DNA from: Pelomyxa schiedti
Lineage: Eukaryota; Protista; Evosea
Assembly (NCBI GenBank): GCA_020536535.1
Contig: JAHLWZ010000807.1
Coordinates: 62,001 to 126,000 of the forward strand
DNA: 64,000 bases
Direction of reading: 5' to 3'
This document shows positions 35,065-47,936 of this stretch, piece after piece. The notes beneath the pieces were generated by a model. The model was not told where the DNA came from. It made no database searches and saw nothing but the letters and a program-made list of their open reading frames with translations. The position numbers and the translations under genes are program-made. The first letter of the stretch is position 1. Each line of letters begins with the position of its first letter.

Positions 35065-36700
35065 TCAGTCACCGTAATAGGGTATAAAACGGCCTGTTCG
35101 ACGGTATCCAATAACACCACCAATTGCAGCCAAAGTCAGAAGTGCTGCGAAGCAGAGGCCAACTACAATCATTTTCTTTGGGTAGCCCTTGGCAAGCATT
35201 GCAATCAGAATTCCAACTGCCGGAATCACAAAGGTAATGTGGAAGGCCAAAGTGCCACTGAAGGGAGCAATATGCACGTCGTTCACAGTGATTCCAAAGA
35301 TTATGAAAAAAACAAACAAGAATGCGTAGAGAAACAGAGACACCCATGCTGTCATTGTGTGTGATGTGAACACAGTGTACTAGTTACCGTGAGGTAAGTT
35401 TATGTGAAACAAGTGGAGAAGAAAAAGTACCTTTGGAACAGGGACAACAGTGTCGTGTGACATGCTCCAAAGTAGTCTGCACACATTCGCGATGTAAATC
35501 GTGCTCAGTATCATGTAAGCAATTTGCAAAAAGCACCAGCAGTACAAGTACCAGTACCAAATTTCGTTTCGGCTGTGCGGTTCCACCATCATATCCAGGC
35601 AAAACCCAGAGGCCAGGTCCAGGCACCCCCAAATCGCGAAGGCAAGAGCACTTCCTGTGCGGGAGATGTAAATCAACTGGGTTAGGGATAAAAAGAGATG
35701 AAACCGGAAAGATGTTCATTCTTCCACGTGAATAGTACATAATGCCAGAAACAATGCAAGTATATGGCAATTGCAAAAGTGAATACCCCCATCAAGCTAG
35801 TTGTCCAATTGGCCATTGACGCAATCTGATTGAGGAATGTGAATGGCAAAGGAAGTAAACTGCATCATTATTACCGAGATAGCCAAGTTGGCAATGAGCA
35901 GGAAAACCCAGAGTGCGAGTGTCTTCCGCCTCTTCTGCTGTGACTCACACAACATTGACAATGTCGATGATCCTCTGAAACCGCTGTGCGTTCACTTCAG
36001 TAAAAAATTACAGTGACCCACACCCTAAATGATGGCAAACGAACATACGTTTCAATGTATTCCTTGACAGAGCAACATCTTGGCAGCATTGACTTGTTTT
36101 GAGGGAACAAAGCACAGCCCAATGCAAACCCCTTGAGGCTCATCGCTTTCCCGTTCTTTTCTTGTTCCACAATGCCCGTGATGCTGTTAATTTCAAACCG
36201 CGACGCTTCTTCATGGTCATGCTTCCACTGTTTCTTCACATCCTCAACTGATACGAGGTGGTTGTCTGTTGATTCTCCTGTTTGTACAATCACACTTAAA
36301 ACAAGTTGGAGGTCCATCACACACCTATCGGAGTGGTTGCTGGGAGGGCACAGAAGACGGAGGCACACTGTTCCCACAGGTGCAACGGAATCAAAGAGGA
36401 TTCAGGCAGTGGTTCTTTCTTCACCAACTCAACACCCTCTGGTGGTTTTTTCTCTTCGTCATCTACAACGACCTCCTTGAGCTCAATGTGCTTCAGCTCT
36501 GGCGTTTTCGACTTCATTGGTGTGGTTTGAATTGAATTTTGGTGTTTGGTGTTACCCACTGTAACTTGGATGTGGAGGAGTGGGACTTACATTTCTCTAT
36601 AATAAGCGATGTCCATGTTCTGTTTCTGGAACAAAATCCCTAAGGATCACCCACTGCAACTTGGATGTGGATGAGTGAGAGGGAGGTTTAAGTTAACAAA
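35065..36700 (-). CDS. Orphan multi-pass (~7 TM) membrane protein with soluble N-terminal region; 5' end uncertain (may reach 36984)
   Basis: Successive hydrophobic helices after splicing: 'TLALWVFLLIANLAISVIMMQF', 'LLQLPYTCIVSGIMYY', 'SALAFAIWGCLDLASGFCL', 'IWYWYLYCWCFLQIAYMILSTIYIANV', 'AWVSLFLYAFLFVFFIIFGITV', 'LAFHITFVIPAVGILIAML', 'MIVVGLCFAALLTLAAIGGVIGY'. Confidence 0.55.
36554..36677. repeat. 29-nt direct repeat pair (2 mismatches), 95 bp apart
   Basis: ACCCACTGTAACTTGGATGTGGAGGAGTG at 36554 and ACCCACTGCAACTTGGATGTGGATGAGTG at 36649. On the minus strand both look like intron 3' end plus exon start. Confidence 0.7.
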
Positions 36701-36987
36701 CGGTTGCAAACTGGCTGAATAAAATAATCAACAGACCGGAAGGCTGTAAATTTCGTAGTCATCGGAGGTTTTTTTTTATTCGGCCAACAATCGACACACA
36801 AATGGGCTCCCAGTCGATTGTGATGAACATTTTCGTGGGGCTCTTTGCTGGCAAGAGGCTGCTCCAGAGGAATTATTGTACGTTTCAGTGTGAATCCTTC
36901 GTTGAGATCTCCTGGGAGTTGCGGGGTTTTCTGAAACTGAAGGATTCCCGGCCTAACTTGGTTAGCTTCCATCAAGTTTTTCATTGA

Positions 36988-38301
<1,314 letters not shown>

Positions 38302-38665
38302 GTCACAGTTCAGACAATGACCAGAGGTTGAAGCTGGAACTTTCATTGAGCAGCGATTGAAACGAACAGAAAGGCTGGGAGTCTTGTAGAATGTGGAACA
38401 CAGGTCCTATGCTTCCATCCTCTCGTTCCATGTGTGCCACTGGTTTGGCCACCATGCAATCAGATGGAGTTGGTGCAAAGGCACCTTTTTCCTGCCAACA
38501 CACACCCTTTTCTGGCTCCTGAATTTCCTGTTTTCTCTGGTTATTGACGGACAAATTGACAATAAAAATCTCAGTTTGTGGTTAATTCTTCTGTCTCCCT
38601 TTACTGTTATTTTGGACTGTTACTTCCAGCTCTTAGGTATTTGGCAGTAACAACAGCAGCCGCAT

Positions 38666-39943
38666 GTGCCAAGTTTCAACTTCAAGGAACCGCGCTCCCA
38701 GATGCTAACGGCGCGGGCTCAGTTGGCAGCTCTGGTCACGTCGTCGCACCGCCGTTGTGGAGCCAGCAGCCCCGCGGCCCCTGTGTGTTCCAACACGGCC
38801 CTGATGTCCTCGTGGTGGCGCGGCACCATCCTGCGCACAGCCTCCCGCGTCGTCCTGGTCCTGAGCCCCACCGGCTTCGACTCCAACGGCTCCTACACCT
38901 TCCGGACCCCCGCTCTCTCCCTCGGAGTGTCCCCGCTGCTCCACAGCCTCACCCACACAGTCTCGAAGCGGGACAGCAACGAATGCAGGTGGCTGTCCCC
39001 GAACACGGGCGTGCAGAGGGACCGCAGCAGTGTGCCGACGGCGTGCGAGCTGCACCTTGTGGGCTATGGCGGCGGTGATGGCAACCCCGCTCAGTTGGGA
39101 CGTGAGGCCGTGCGTGTGCTGGCTAATTTTGGGGTGGTGTCAGATCGGCACCTGGCTGAGGCATTCAACGAAAAATGGGCAATAACGTGTGATAGCGCGT
39201 GGCCAAGCTTGGGGGCAACAATGACCATCAGGAGTATACTGCGGCATGACTTGTGCATGGACTCATCAAAGGTACTGTCGGAGGAGATCCTCCATCCCGT
39301 GACATTACTCGTTCCTGGGGTTGGCAAACTAAGGCGCCTCGATGCTAAAGTGGAAATTAGTTTCAATATGACAGTCCCAGATGAGGCCCTGATGGTGCTC
39401 GTCAACTATTCTAGCTGCACCTGCACGTACCATTTGTTTGATGTTCAGCACACGCACGAATCCAAGGGAATTGCATTTGTGAGTACCACGACCACAAACC
39501 TACAGTATAGGCCGGATTTCTCATTGATAATGAGGCGAACCAGTGGTGATGTTGTTTTCATAGCAAAGACGGATCGTCGCCTCTCATACCGTTATCAAAG
39601 CAACGTCTTTCGAGTTGAAGTGGCCACTGGGAATTTCAAGCGGATCAGGGAAAGGTGTACAGCCCTGACACAGCTCAGTTCCTCTGTGTTCTGTGTCTGG
39701 TCACTCAATGACCTGACATATGAATTATGGGACTGCAACAACACTGACAGGCCACTCGTTGTTGTACCCCAAAACGATGGTGGCTGCACACAGGTTGTTG
39801 GGGGGAGGAGATTTTTGTTTGGAGTCACAAGGAACGGGGAGATAGCGGTGATTGACCCGTCATCAGGCTTGATTGTACTCACTTTGGGCGATCTTCCAGC
39901 CAACCCCCCTTTTGAAATCCTCCTGCGTGATTCCTTTTTGTAA
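38666..39943 (+). CDS. Intronless orphan protein (425 aa), probable member of a lineage-expanded family
   Basis: A single 425-aa ORF in an otherwise intron-dense region. N-terminal motif 'TARAQLAALVTSSHRRCGASSPA'. The C-terminal half is beta-rich with propeller-like repeats ('YELWDCNNTDRPLVVV', 'FLFGVTRNGEIAVIDPSSGLIVLTL'). Confidence 0.75.
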   Translation: MPSFNFKEPRSQMLTARAQLAALVTSSHRRCGASSPAAPVCSNTALMSSWWRGTILRTASRVVLVLSPTGFDSNGSYTFRTPALSLGVSPLLHSLTHTVSKRDSNECRWLSPNTGVQRDRSSVPTACELHLVGYGGGDGNPAQLGREAVRVLANFGVVSDRHLAEAFNEKWAITCDSAWPSLGATMTIRSILRHDLCMDSSKVLSEEILHPVTLLVPGVGKLRRLDAKVEISFNMTVPDEALMVLVNYSSCTCTYHLFDVQHTHESKGIAFVSTTTTNLQYRPDFSLIMRRTSGDVVFIAKTDRRLSYRYQSNVFRVEVATGNFKRIRERCTALTQLSSSVFCVWSLNDLTYELWDCNNTDRPLVVVPQNDGGCTQVVGGRRFLFGVTRNGEIAVIDPSSGLIVLTLGDLPANPPFEILLRDSFL

Positions 39944-40069
39944 GACCATTTTCTACAACCAACCCCTGTTTTTATCTGAAACATTCCTATGGTTCTCGTG
40001 ATTGGCCGTTGAGGCAATTGTTGAAAAGAAAATTCCAAACAGCACAAAAAACCTTTGAGTAAAGTATGT

Positions 40070-42642
40070 TCAATCATTGGCTTGCGTGAGTGGCTTTTTT
40101 TGTGAGAGTAGAGGCTCGTCGGCAGTGGCTCGTGTGACTCTGAAGAGCTTGTACCCCAACAGTATGCTCACAACTATAAGCACCAGGCAGACCAAACCCA
40201 AAAATGCAACTCCAACAAGCAGTTCTATCTCCTCTTCATTCACTTCCTCCGGTAATTCGCAATATTCAGAGTACAGGGGTCCAGCTTCACTTATTCCACG
40301 CCTTACAGCAAGGCAACGGAATCTATCAGTTCTAACCTGCATTAATTGTGAGGTGCCGGTGTGTTATACTCAATGACAATCGTACTTCCAACCAATTCCG
40401 GTCTACAACAGAGGATGCACTCCATAATCTTTCAGCAACCTGTATTCAACTGAGCTGAGGAAAATAATGAGAAGGAACACACTGCAGGGCTCCTTGTAAG
40501 CCCACGCTGATCCCATGAAAGGATATCAACGCTCTCCCCCCATGTTGCAGCTTCCCCGCCGAGTACATGTGCTTCATCAGCAGATGTGAGATTTTTACCG
40601 AGTACTGGGTCATTGCTATGGAATCAGGTCTTGCTTTAAACAATACAGCCACATACTTGTACATGTCAACATAAGTCCATACCCACAGCCAATGGGTGCT
40701 GCATTCAGGGCACCCATATGTAGTGCAAAGAGGAGCCTGCATATCTTGGTACCACCCTAGCACACGTTAACACACTAAAGGGTGAAACTGTAATGACACC
40801 ATAAAGCTGAATTGCGTCATAACCAGCTTTGACGGCATCTCTCAAAGTGGTGTTGGTCCTCCAAGCGGCAACAATGGTGTTGGGGAGTACACTTCCATGA
40901 TAGAAGGCTTCCTCCCACACAATGGGCATCTTGGAATTCCTGAACCCCACTAAGTACGACATAAAAAAACCAGGAGCAGACTTGGTGACAGAGTTTTGTG
41001 CATATAGTGTCATGTATTCCTCAAGTTCATCCCAGTCCGATATTCCATTTTGAGACATCCAATATAGAATACTGTCTCTCTCCACGCTGTTATCCCAGCA
41101 ATCAGTGTGAACTATGGAAAGTTGGTTACTTTATTGCGTGCATTGATATTCTTTTTCTTCTTAATCATAGCTATGTAGCGGTGCTCTACCTTCATCTCCG
41201 CCCACATGAACGTAGTCACTACTGAATACAGACAAAGAATCTTTAATAAGACTATCAATAATGTTGAAAGTAAGATTATTTGCAGGATTCAGAGGAATGC
41301 TAGAGGATAATTATAAGCCTATCTGATAAGTGGGAATTGTAACCGGTTTTCGGGGTAAGTAGTTTGTGCATCAAGGAGATAATCCCAGCAGTCTGCAGTT
41401 ATGCCGGGATAGCCCAAGCCCCATGAGGCTGTATGTCCCTTGTTTTTTGTTTGCATTTGCCTTATGATCGGTTTCATACCGGCATATCAAACTCTGGGAT
41501 AACTATTACACCAAGAGATTTGGCATGAGATACCAAATCCTCCAAGTCATCATGAGAAAAATATGCGTCGTCATCAAACTTTCCTTTTTCCGAGAGTTCT
41601 TCATACTCCGGATTCTCATAAGGAAAGGATTGGGAATCGGTGAGATGAATGTGTAAAACATTCATCTTCATGGCAGCTATCCCCTCAATAATTTGTTTTA
41701 TCTGTGTCTTACTTAGCAATGACATAGTGGGGACCTATACTTTTGAGATTGGTAAGAAGTGCCTCGAGGTATCGATCATCATTCCACGCCATCTGAATCT
41801 GGGCCAGTCTTCAATAACAAGGGGTGTGTGTTGAACTGTGAAAGCAGTCCCGTTCCACTCAAGGAGTTGCGCAACTGTCTCAAAAGCTAGAACCCGTGAG
41901 TCTGGAGTTTGTGTTGAAATCTCGTAGCCTCAACCTCTGAGAGTGCCCCATACATTCGCTGCTACGATATAAATTTTGTCTGACACGTGAATGGAGTATG
42001 TTTCATTGACCTCTATATCCAAATCAGGGAATGTATTGTGACTCTCCATTTGCACTAAAATCTCAGAAATCTTATAGGGACGTAAGAGGGCAAATGAGAA
42101 GGGATAAAAAAAACAAAAAAAGAAGACGAAGAGGGCACCGTATCCTGTGCAGGTATGGTGTTGTTCAATTGAACCGAAATCTGCTGGTGCAGTGATAATA
42201 TCCAAGGTGAAACCTTCATCTGTTGTTCTATTGGTACTGTAACGCACCTCGAGAACGCACTCTCAATAATCTGCACGAAATTGAGTGAGTCTGCTCGTAC
42301 TTTTTTTTTTTTTGTGTGTGTGTGTACTAGTACAGGGGGCGGGGGATAAACATTAAACACCCCAATGGGAATGAAAGAATGAAAGAGAATGAATGAGAAT
42401 GGCCAGACCTGGTTTGCGTCGTGGTCCAAGTCGCCGTCGAGGGTTGTGATGGACAGAGACGGCGTCTGAGCCACGGCCACGGCGCCCATGCCGCACGTGG
42501 CGTGCTGCGGCTGCGGAAACACGAGCAGGCTGTCGCTCCCGACCACGCCGCCCGCCGCAACGCCAGCCCAGCTCATCGCGACGGTGCATGTGACCCACAC
42601 TGCAACTGCCGAAACGGCGATGGCCCACTTGCCCTGCTTCAT
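40070..42642 (-). CDS. Beta-N-acetylhexosaminidase (GH20) with C-terminal TM helix and cytosolic tail
   Basis: Signal peptide, 'LLVFPQPQ', '[20 protein letters not shown]', '[20 protein letters not shown]', '[17 protein letters not shown]', '[10 protein letters not shown]', 'HVGGDE', 'PIVWEE', 'GGEAATWGE', 'VAERLWS'. It ends in TM '[24 protein letters not shown]' and tail 'ADEPLL'. Confidence 0.93.
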
Positions 42643-42982
42643 TGGGGCTGCCTTTGGTTTTTTTTGTTTTTTTTTCTCTTGTTACAACCCTTCGAAGAAG
42701 GAAGGCGATCTTGCCCACTGGGTGGGAGTCTCACCACTGAAGTGTATACTCAACACCAGATGGGGATGTGTTGTGCGAGAGCATTCTGGTTCTCAATCTA
42801 TAGGGCTGGGTGATGAGGACCACTCCAGTTCACTAATTTAGAGGGAGTGCACTGAAGCTGTTTCCTGGAAACGATCGAGTTTCAGGAAAACTCTGAGATG
42901 CCACAGAACAACAAAAAAAACCAACCTTGCGCTTGTTTTCTTAGTTCTGTGCTGTTGGTGGTGTGCCTACAAAAACGCACAA

Positions 42983-44911
42983 ATGACCGAGAGAGATGGC
43001 ACGCAAGATCTGCGGCAGTCTGGTGGTCCCACGTACGTTCTCGACAAAGTCGCACCGCAGTCTTCGTCATCGCCTTCGGCGTCGCGTGTGAAGGAAGATC
43101 TGATTGGCGGAGAGGGTGACTCCTCGTCACCTCCCGTTTCGGAAAGCAATAACCCGCTGTTACGATGCATGTTTCCTGTTGTTACTGACGAGGAAGACCG
43201 ACAAATGGCAACTGGTTGCAGGAGCAACAAATTTTATGTCTTGACAGTTCTCAGTGTGGCAAACGCCATTTCGTTTTGTGTGAGAATGTTACCTTCCTCA
43301 ATGAAGGACATGATGAAAGATGATTTAAGTCTAACAGACACTGAGACAGGTTTTTTCCTTCTCTCATCACTAAAAGTTTCATTGGCTCATCTTTGAATAG
43401 GACTGGTCTACACAGCGTTTTTGATTGCCTTTGTGATTTTTTCACCAGTTTTTGGCACTTTTGTTGATAAGGGAATGTCGAGAAAGGTTTTGTGATTCAT
43501 AACGTTATTTGTTTTAAATGCCGCACAGTGGATGATTGTTATTGGTATTTTTATATTTTCTGTGGGATCTTGCGTTACTGCTTTCTCTGAGAGTTTCTGG
43601 TTTCTCCTTTTACCGAGGGTATTTGTTGGCATTGGGTCAGGTTTTCGCTCACTTCCCTTTTGGTCCATATCTTACACAAAATAGCTGCTTTTTCCGCTGT
43701 CGCACCTTCACTTTTGTGCGATTTCTTCCCCCCTGATAGAGTATCTAAAGCTATGTCATTATTTTTCGCAATGATTCCTGTGGGCACTGCTTTTGCATTT
43801 ATTATTGGTGGCTTTCTGGGGGATACGATTGGTTGAAGGGTCACCTTTGCAGGCAGTGCGGTATTCGTTGCTGTGATATTTGCTATTCTTCCTTTGAAGG
43901 AACCAAAGAAAGGAAGATACGATGTTACCAAGAACTCTCCTTCTCCAGGAATACTACAAGGCTTGAAGGTATAGGAAGCGAATGTTTACATCTCCTTAAC
44001 GTAATAAAGGTACTCTTCACTAATCCAGCATATCTCTTTGTTGTAATTGGTCAGACACCTCTTGCTGGAGGCCTCACAGCCATGGCTGACTGGTTACCTG
44101 CATATTTTTCTCGGTACCTTTTTTTTTGTTGTTATTTTGACATAAATTTTCATATTTTCACATTTATAACTTAATCCAGCCTTTTAATATAGAACATATG
44201 ATATGTCAGCAACACTTGCAGGTTTACTTGTGGGTGGAATTGTTGTAGTTGGAGCGGTAGCCGGAACATTTTTGGGAGCTGTACTTGGTGATTTATCCAA
44301 AAGATTTACAAAGCAGCCTTATTTCTTTGTCTCATACATGGGACTCATATTGGCCACACCTCTCACTATCGCTATCCTCTTGATGAATATTAAGTACCTC
44401 GCATGTAGTTTAATTTTCGTATCTGTATCTGCCGTGTATATATACGTAGGTAGTATCTCTTCTCCCTTGTATATCTCTGAGGGTCTTTAAGGTCCAATCA
44501 ATGCTGTTCTCAACAACAGTGTCGATGCCAACTCACGGAGTAGAGCCATGAGGTACAATTCTCATATGCTCTATAAATATTTGACCAATTTCCAGCCTTA
44601 ACCTACTAATTGTAAACTCCTGTGGGTCTTCATATAGCTCTGCTGTTGTGGTATCAACCACTTGCAGTGTTTACAACACTTTAATTCACCTGCAACAGGG
44701 AGCAATCTCCGATTCTACCGGGAAACTCGACATGGCCCTTTTAGTTGTACCGATTATGTTCTTCCTGGCCTGTGTGATATGGATTGTAGCATGGCTTGTG
44801 GTGAAACAATCCACAGCTGGGGAGGTAGCACCCACAGTCCTAGGAGACCCACCATTGCCCTCCGAGGGATCAGTTTCCCCCAATGTGGAATTGGATTCGA
44901 ACACCCTGTAA
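42983..44911 (+). CDS. Spinster-like MFS transporter carrying an in-frame TGA at 43834-43836
   Basis: 'FYVLTVLSVANAISFCVRMLPSSMKDMMKDDLSLTDTETG', 'PRVFVGIGS|AAFSAVAPSLLCDFFP', 'FFAMIPVGTAFAFIIGG', 'EPKKGRYD', 'AMADWLPAYFSR', 'GTFLGAVLGD', 'GPINAVLNNSV', 'GAISDSTG'. Confidence 0.85.
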
Positions 44912-45753
44912 ATTGAACATCACCAATTTGGTCGCTACCAATTTTCGTAGATTCTGAAGATCAACGGCAGTGGAGCAAAGGTGCACACACCAAAAGGGAA
45001 ACAAAATCCCACAATTCCGCTCTCTGTTGTGGGGGTGTCGTGCGAGGGTGCCGAAAAGAAAACAAATCTCCAAGAAAAAAATGGCCATTTCTTTCTTCAG
45101 TCTTTTGGACCTTCGTGGTCCCAGTCTTTGGCACCTTTTTGGTGTCTGTGTCGGCGCTGTAGAACCATGCACACTGGCACTTTTTTTAAAAAAAAAAAAA
45201 AAAGGGGGACATCGATGTGATGCGGTGTTAATGTCTATGTAATGTTTGAAGCAACAAAAAAGAAAAACTCACGGAGAGGGTGCGGACAGCTACGTAACTT
45301 GCGGTGGGAAGGAACGGTGTCGTGTCGCTCGCGTGTTGTGCGGGCGAAGATCCCAATCAATACAACTGACTCAGATCCATTCTGGGGGGTATTGTAGCTG
45401 GGCTGCTTCACGGTGTATATACCCAACGGTATTTTTATTTTTCTTTACTCCACTTCATGGTGTTTTTTTTTTTTCCCCTAGGAATTGTTGGCGGTGTGAA
45501 ACGCATTCGTTTGGCACTCGGCGTTTGTATTTGTGTTGCGAATTTAAGGAACTAGTTTGACTGTTGCCAGGCTGTTGCGTTCATCTCTGTCCCGACTGCC
45601 GGCTGATCTATGCTTTGTATCTGGGAGCATGATTCTTCTAGGATTGGAATTTCCCATTACGGGAGCAACAGGGTGTGTAATTCCCAAGCTCCTCCCTCCC
45701 TCTCAGCCAAACTGAGTTTGAGGTATCTATTGCTTCCTTCCTTCCTTGTGATT

Positions 45754-45886
45754 TTCTGTTGTTTCTTATGACATGACAAGATTAGGATGTTTTTAATTAA
45801 ACACCACTAGTGTGCCCTCTCCTAAGAGCTGAATTCGAGGTAACTAGTAATCCTCATTTCTGTTGTTCTAATGACAAGATTAGGAT
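45754..45886. repeat. Short duplicated acceptor-like unit (identical core ATGACAAGATTAGGAT)
   Basis: The 16-nt core occurs at 45773-45788 and 45871-45886, and each copy is preceded by TTCTGTTGTT. Confidence 0.7.
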
Positions 45887-46889
45887 TTGCACCGTGTCAA
45901 TAAAGCCTACCTATTCTCATTGGACCGTGACGTGATAAGTTCTCACTACTCCTCCCCTTTGTAATTTTTTTGTAAAAATAAAACACAACACTGTTCTTCC
46001 GGCTTTAGTTCATTGAAAAATAATTCGGTTTTTTCAGTTAAAAGGAAACAAAAAAGTGGCCAATTATTTATTTATTTTATTATGCAACTACTCAAAATAT
46101 TCTAGAGAAACGACATTCATTCATGGTGTGGTGGTGACTGGTGGTGAGTGGATTCATGGAATTCTGCTGGCCTCTCAATTGGGGTTGAGAGGGCAGTAGC
46201 AGTCGAAAATACTACTGGACCAATTCCACTTAGCAGGGTTCATATCTATAATTTTGTTAGAAGCAAGAACTCTAGGGAAAACCAGTGACAAGCATGGCTC
46301 CAACGCGTAGCAGACCTAGAAAAAACGGACCCGCCAAAGAAAAGAAAATAGGTTCACAAGGAGCGGAAAGCACACCTCAAAGAGCAAGTGTAACCGGATC
46401 AGAACGAGTAAGTCCCCACTGTGTTACAATTTGTATTTCGTAGTAAATTAATTAGTTAATAAATTAATTTACTGTCCAAACCCAAGGTTAACGAGGGGAA
46501 AAATAGCTTACGACGGACACGCACGAATGAATCGCAAATTGCCAGCAAACAGTGCAGCAACCGCGGAGATCACAACAGTCACATGGCAAAACGGCTGCGG
46601 ACCCGGCCGCACGCCATGCACCACCGCACGCACCAGAGCCCCACCGACGAACAACAGCCGCGCATCGCCTTCGTGTTTTATTTTATTTTGTTGTATCGGA
46701 TCTTGGGGAAAGGGTCTGAATGAGCCTGATACCAGAGATGTAGGTGCAGACACATCAACCAGGACATCAACCAAACCCGCGTCCCTGTACGCTGTTCAAG
46801 ATCCCTCTTTTCGCTTTTTATTGTTCACCCGTGTAGCTCGTTCGTTCTTTCTTTTTGTGACAACGAAAAATCAAAAAAAAATACTTCGG

Positions 46890-47813
46890 ATGAGCCATTC
46901 GCCTGCGGATCCAGCTGAGATCTTGCCCGTGTGTGCTGAAACGCGACCTTTTGGACACACATTTGCTGATGCAAATACTACCGACACACTCTCGTAGCAG
47001 AGATTTTTATAACAACCGATCTAACGACACGACGCACACCGCGTGGTTTCAGGGACGACTGTGGCTGGGAAGTGCACTAGTTGCGTGCAATCGCGATTGT
47101 CTCGTATCGCATGGCACTTTTTACGTGCTCAACGCGACGTCTGAAGTCCCCAATTTCTTCGACGGCGATACACGCTTCACATACTGCAGGCTTGGTCTCG
47201 ATGACTCGTACGACGAGGACCTCTTGTGCCACGCTGACACAATATGCAATTTTATCAGTGCGTTTGGCCTTACCCCCACTTTTGTGATGAAATCCTCGCA
47301 CAACTTTAACTACCTTTCTTTCAGACACTGCCAAGGCAAATAATGGCGCTGTTCTCGTTCATTGTCAAGCAGGCAAGCGGCCTCGAATTTTTAACAATTG
47401 ATAAAATTCAACTAATTGCTTTAATTAGGGATATCCAGATCCGCGTCTGGTTCATTGCTCAAACATTCCCTACGAAGCATAACTCAGTTACAGCTGTTCT
47501 CATTTACCTCATGAAACAGGAGAGAATGACACTCAAAGCTGCCCATGCTAAGGTTCAGGCAGCAAGGTGTAACATTGGTCCAAACATAGGTCACCTGCTT
47601 TCCTCTGCTTTTCTCTGATATTGTGCAGGTTACTATGGACAGTTGATCCGCATGGAAAAGGAATTGTTTGGGTCCAACACAGTTTCTGAGGGGGGTTACA
47701 TGTTGGACCAGCTCGTAGCAATGGGATTTAACCCTGAACAAGCAAGAAGAGCCCTTGAAAACAGCCACAATAGATTGAATGAGGCAATAACTTTCCTAAT
47801 CACCAATGTCTGA
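46890..47813 (+). CDS. Dual-specificity protein phosphatase with C-terminal UBA domain, multi-exon
   Basis: 'RLWLGS', 'YVLNATSEVPNFF', 'LGLDDSYDEDLL'. Active site 'VLVHCQAG|ISRSAS' and 'IGPNI|GYYGQL'. UBA 'LDQLVAMGFNPEQARRALENSHNRLNEAITFL'. Confidence 0.88.
47373..47428 (+). other. GC-AG intron splitting the phosphatase HCxAGxSRS loop
   Basis: GCA G|GCAAGC...TTAATTAG|GG ATA TCC AGA TCC is the only splice that rebuilds HCQAGISRS. Confidence 0.85.
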
Positions 47814-47936
47814 GCCTCATTGAATCTCGCCATAGGTTTTAAATAAAAATTTCCAACAAGATATGCATAGGCAATTACCCAAGAATATTTATATGTGCAA
47901 AATGGATTATTTTTTCTTTACATCTTTACAAATCGA

